DNA of 56,055 nucleotides from a virus (lineage: Duplodnaviria > Caudoviricetes): IMG/VR virus record IMGVR_UViG_3300030107_004870, positions 1 through 56,055 of that record. One strand, given 5' to 3'. The position numbers and the translations under genes were made by a program. The notes beneath the pieces were generated by a model. The model did not search any database, was not told the DNA's origin, and saw only the letters and a list, made by a program, of their open reading frames with translations. The stretch's first letter is position 1. Each line of letters opens with the position of its first letter. This document shows, in pieces, positions 53,400 to 56,055 of the stretch.

Positions 53400-53680
53400 G
53401 AAATTTCTGTATCTAACTTAGTTAAAGCTATAACTATATGTGTATATATATTTTTGGGGGGTACCCCCTAAGTTAATCCGCAAATCCCTATAAAAAAGGC
53501 GTTTCAATAGGGTTCCTTCAAGCATGGGAGTGCTCTGCACACAGCAGACTATTTTATCCTTGATTTAAAAGGCTTTCAGATGACTCGTAAGCTATTGATT
53601 TTATTAATCTTTTTTGAAAAACTTTTTTTATTTGAAAAAATAAATTAAAAAGCGGGAAGCGGCTCCCACTTAGTTATTTA
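53400..53680. other. Non-coding region downstream of terS, candidate packaging site
   Basis: Palindrome GGGGGTACCCCC (53457-53468); IHF-consensus match AATCAATAGCTTA (53588-53600, minus). Confidence 0.4.
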
Positions 53681-53681
53681 A

Positions 53682-54185
53682 CTACATATCTTTATTGTCG
53701 TAAGTCTCTGTATTTGCTCCTAACAGCTTGCTTATTCTTTCCTTAATATCTTCTTTAGACATGCTATTTACATTAGCATTGATATTAAGATTTTGAGTTT
53801 TAGTGACAGATAAACCAGCTAATTGATTAAGCTCTTTAATTGCTGATACAGCTGCATTGAACTGCCCAGACTCGAATGACTCTTCTGCTATCTTCCACAA
53901 CATAGTGCCTGTCTTCTGCGGAGTAATAGCATACTTCTCAGCTAACTCATCTTGTTTAATCTTTATAGCCTTCGTGACATGTGGGAAGTCTTTACCATTC
54001 AGCATTTTATTAGCAGCTACCGCTGGAAACTCGTAGCCTGCTTTCCTTGCTGCTTCTGTTTGCGAACAAGCTCCCTCAGTATAATGCCAGACAAACGCAT
54101 TCTGCATTTCAGTAAGACCTTGCTCTGCGTCTTTCTCGAATTGGTTCTTAACTTCTACTAATGGCTTCTTTGGCTTTCTTGGCAT
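53682..54185 (-). CDS. terS: Terminase small subunit
   Basis: LTEMQNAFV..Y..SQTEAARKAGY HTH; AAVSAIKEL..LAGL. Confidence 0.85.
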   Translation of the reverse strand: MPRKPKKPLVEVKNQFEKDAEQGLTEMQNAFVWHYTEGACSQTEAARKAGYEFPAVAANKMLNGKDFPHVTKAIKIKQDELAEKYAITPQKTGTMLWKIAEESFESGQFNAAVSAIKELNQLAGLSVTKTQNLNINANVNSMSKEDIKERISKLLGANTETYDNKDM

Positions 54186-54199
54186 ATCAGTATTTTAAA

Positions 54200-54420
54200 C
54201 CACTAACAGGGTAGAGTGTAGAGTGTATGGTCGTATTACTTATACCTAATATATAACCAGCATAAATATACATTGTTATGCTTATACTATATATAAAATA
54301 ATAATAATAATAAAGTATATACCTAACACTACCTATAGCATAAAACCACTGATATATAGGGATTTTTGGACAGGGCGGCATATTATTAGCTATACACTGT
54401 TTTATTGAGCTATACACTAT
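54200..54420. other. Candidate replication origin (iteron-like repeats around AT-rich core)
   Basis: AGTGTA x2 facing GCTATACACT x2, TATACCTAA x2, (AAT)n core. Confidence 0.4.
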
Positions 54421-54569
54421 CTTTTCTGATGGTAAACCAAAGTCATAGCATGACAGTCAGGGCATGATAGGTTGGTCACTATTTCAAATTCTTGGTCATC
54501 AGCATCTTCCGGAATGTCGTGGTCTGCTCCCCAGATTAATTTACCGCCACAGGCATAACATTTATTCAT
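54417..54569 (-). CDS. Small Zn-ribbon protein (50 aa)
   Basis: Manual ORF MNKCYACGGKLIWGADHD...TNLSCPDC; SD GGAG. Confidence 0.7.
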   Translation of the reverse strand: MNKCYACGGKLIWGADHDIPEDADDQEFEIVTNLSCPDCHAMTLVYHQKR

Positions 54570-54584
54570 TTTATACACTCCATT

Positions 54585-55157
54585 CTATTTTATATTGGTT
54601 ATTAATATTAATTTTTTATTTTCGCCTGTGGGTTTAACATATCTTTCTGTAATTTCCTCTTTATTATTCCATTTCATAGAAACGCTTTTATTTCGTTTAG
54701 GTAGTCCTGCTGTTTCTCCAATTACCTTCCAATTATCGGCAAGATAAACAGAACCATTTTTATCATTACCAACTGTAGTAAGAATAGCTTTTAAATTATT
54801 TCCATATTTATTAAACCAATCTGCTTTTGCTCTTTTACGAATACGAGATAATATTTGACTACCTAAATTAGATATAGGATTTTCTTTAATACAAAATCTT
54901 TTGTTATCTGCAACTTCGTTAAAAATTTTATCATATTCTTTTTGTGAAACTTTAAAATAATTTAATATTGCTTTGGGTGTCGGTTTAAATCCACTTCCTA
55001 ACCAAAAAGTTGCAATATCTTTATTATCATATGAGATAACATATTTTATACATCTTCCTACAACTTTTGGTGTATTAACATAAGAATGAAAATCTACAAC
55101 AATTTTGTTTGCAATATTTTTATCTTCGTCTTTTTCTGCAATTCTTATGTCAATCAT
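54585..55157 (-). CDS. Mom-like/DUF4338-type GNAT-fold DNA modification protein
   Basis: FHSY..VGR, RF..NLGSQILS, W..KYG, GSVYLADNW..IGET; coupled to methyltransferase. Confidence 0.6.
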   Translation of the reverse strand: MIDIRIAEKDEDKNIANKIVVDFHSYVNTPKVVGRCIKYVISYDNKDIATFWLGSGFKPTPKAILNYFKVSQKEYDKIFNEVADNKRFCIKENPISNLGSQILSRIRKRAKADWFNKYGNNLKAILTTVGNDKNGSVYLADNWKVIGETAGLPKRNKSVSMKWNNKEEITERYVKPTGENKKLILITNIK

Positions 55158-56055
55158 ACTTTATCTTCTACTATTTCATAATCACAAAATAAATTACCTT
55201 GTTCTTCTATCCTTTTTCTTGCTATTTCAATATATTCTGTATTCAATTCTATTAAAACTGCCTTACGATTATGACTATTAGCAACAATGCCTGTTGTCCC
55301 AGAACCCCCAAAGGGGTCTAAAACTGTGCCATTTTCAGGACAACCAGCCAACACACATGGCTCGATTAAATCCATTGGAAATGTTGCGAAGTGTGCTCCC
55401 TTAAAAGGTTTAGTAGTGACTGTCCAGACTGAACGCTTGTTTCTTTTTGCTGGAGTCACATAGGTTTTTGCAGGTCTTGTCACTAATCCTTGTTTAACAT
55501 ATTCTTCGGCTTTATTACCTTCTTTATGCACATGAACACTTCCTTCTGTTTTACTATCCTCTTTGATTGCTTCATTATCAAAATAATATTTAGGACTCTT
55601 ACTCAATAAAAATATGTACTCATGTGCTTTTGTACATCTATCTCTTACACTCTCTGGCATAGGATTTGGCTTGTGCCAAATAATATCTTGTCGCAAATAC
55701 CAACCATCTTGTTGTAGTGCTAGTGCTACTCGCCAAGGAATACCGATTAAATCCTTTGGCTTTATGCCTTTACTTGGTTTTGGTCTTGTCACTCCATAAT
55801 CTTTATCGCCACGCAAAGTTTGATTGGTTGTTGTAGTTCTACCACCACTTGAATAACTATCACCTAAATTAAGCCAAACAGTACCATCATCTCGCAAAAC
55901 TCGTTTAACTTCTCTAAACACTTGTACTAAGTTTTCAACAAATTCTTCTGGTGTATCTTCCATCCCAAGTTGTTTGTCTTTTCTGACTGCACCGCATTTA
56001 GGACAATTTTTTTTTGCTTGATGTCCAGCACTTGCTTTATTACTTTTTTGCTTTT
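55154..56055 (-). CDS. DNA methyltransferase (beta class), 3' part, allele B; 5' end off window
   Basis: Open to window end; HFATFP, VLDPFGGSGTT SAM-binding motif; same gene as 1-586. Confidence 0.92.
   Translation of the reverse strand, partial: KQKSNKASAGHQAKKNCPKCGAVRKDKQLGMEDTPEEFVENLVQVFREVKRVLRDDGTVWLNLGDSYSSGGRTTTTNQTLRGDKDYGVTRPKPSKGIKPKDLIGIPWRVALALQQDGWYLRQDIIWHKPNPMPESVRDRCTKAHEYIFLLSKSPKYYFDNEAIKEDSKTEGSVHVHKEGNKAEEYVKQGLVTRPAKTYVTPAKRNKRSVWTVTTKPFKGAHFATFPMDLIEPCVLAGCPENGTVLDPFGGSGTTGIVANSHNRKAVLIELNTEYIEIARKRIEEQGNLFCDYEIVEDKV
55657..56055. repeat. Imperfect terminal repeat, copy 2
   Basis: Aligns to 1-405 with a 6-bp length difference in the central variable block. Confidence 0.95.

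Larger units (their letters stand above)
1..56055. mobile_element. Near-complete tailed bacteriophage genome (podovirus-like), circularly permuted
   Basis: TerS, TerL, portal, scaffold, capsid, tail, lysis and primase genes present; no host housekeeping genes; both ends lie within the same methyltransferase gene. Confidence 0.97.

Noticed and set aside
54187-54417. 76-aa ORF from the track
   Set aside because: Tyr/Ile-rich translation of AT-rich repeats with no RBS; more likely non-coding
691-55799. Numerous short antisense ORFs in the track (e.g. 1570-1854, 19471-19944, 22795-23253, 35937-36440, 48022-48231)
   Set aside because: Shadows of well-supported genes on the opposite strand
1-56055. 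tRNA/rRNA genes, introns, inteins, stop-codon recoding, DNA polymerase
   Set aside because: No cloverleaf or rRNA-like stretch noticed by eye; core genes are intact and normal-sized in code 11; no polymerase motifs (tRNAscan not run)

Overview
Essentially complete, circularly permuted genome (~55.65 kb unit length) of an AT-rich tailed phage with podovirus-type architecture, resembling uncultured marine phages; the host cannot be determined from the sequence. Modules: replication/recombination (Toprim+VirE primase-helicase, SSB-like protein, RecE/ExoVIII-like nuclease; no DNA polymerase found); a long minus-strand virion module (TerL, portal, GroES, scaffold, major capsid, adaptors, nozzle, four putative ejection proteins, tail fibres); a lysis cassette; a serine recombinase; plus-strand early operons of small genes; TerS; and a Mom-like plus N4/N6-methyltransferase pair that spans the contig join in two different alleles. 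Main points of interest: (1) a translation-level regulatory layout, with early promoters whose predicted +1 is the AUG of a leaderless mini-ORF coupled to an SD-led gene, many leaderless genes elsewhere, and small structured RNAs with anti-SD-like C-rich loops; (2) a ParB-like + RelA/SpoT-like effector with a convergent acidic partner; (3) a 900-aa polyvalent ADP-ribosyltransferase protein punctuated by a K-x-GG motif shared with ejection and small basic proteins; (4) a three-gene secreted NIDO/Asn-Thr-repeat cassette; (5) a pseudoknot-like leader RNA; (6) apparent avoidance of several short DNA motifs, including non-palindromic CCAGK. All family assignments come from motif recognition by eye, not database searches.
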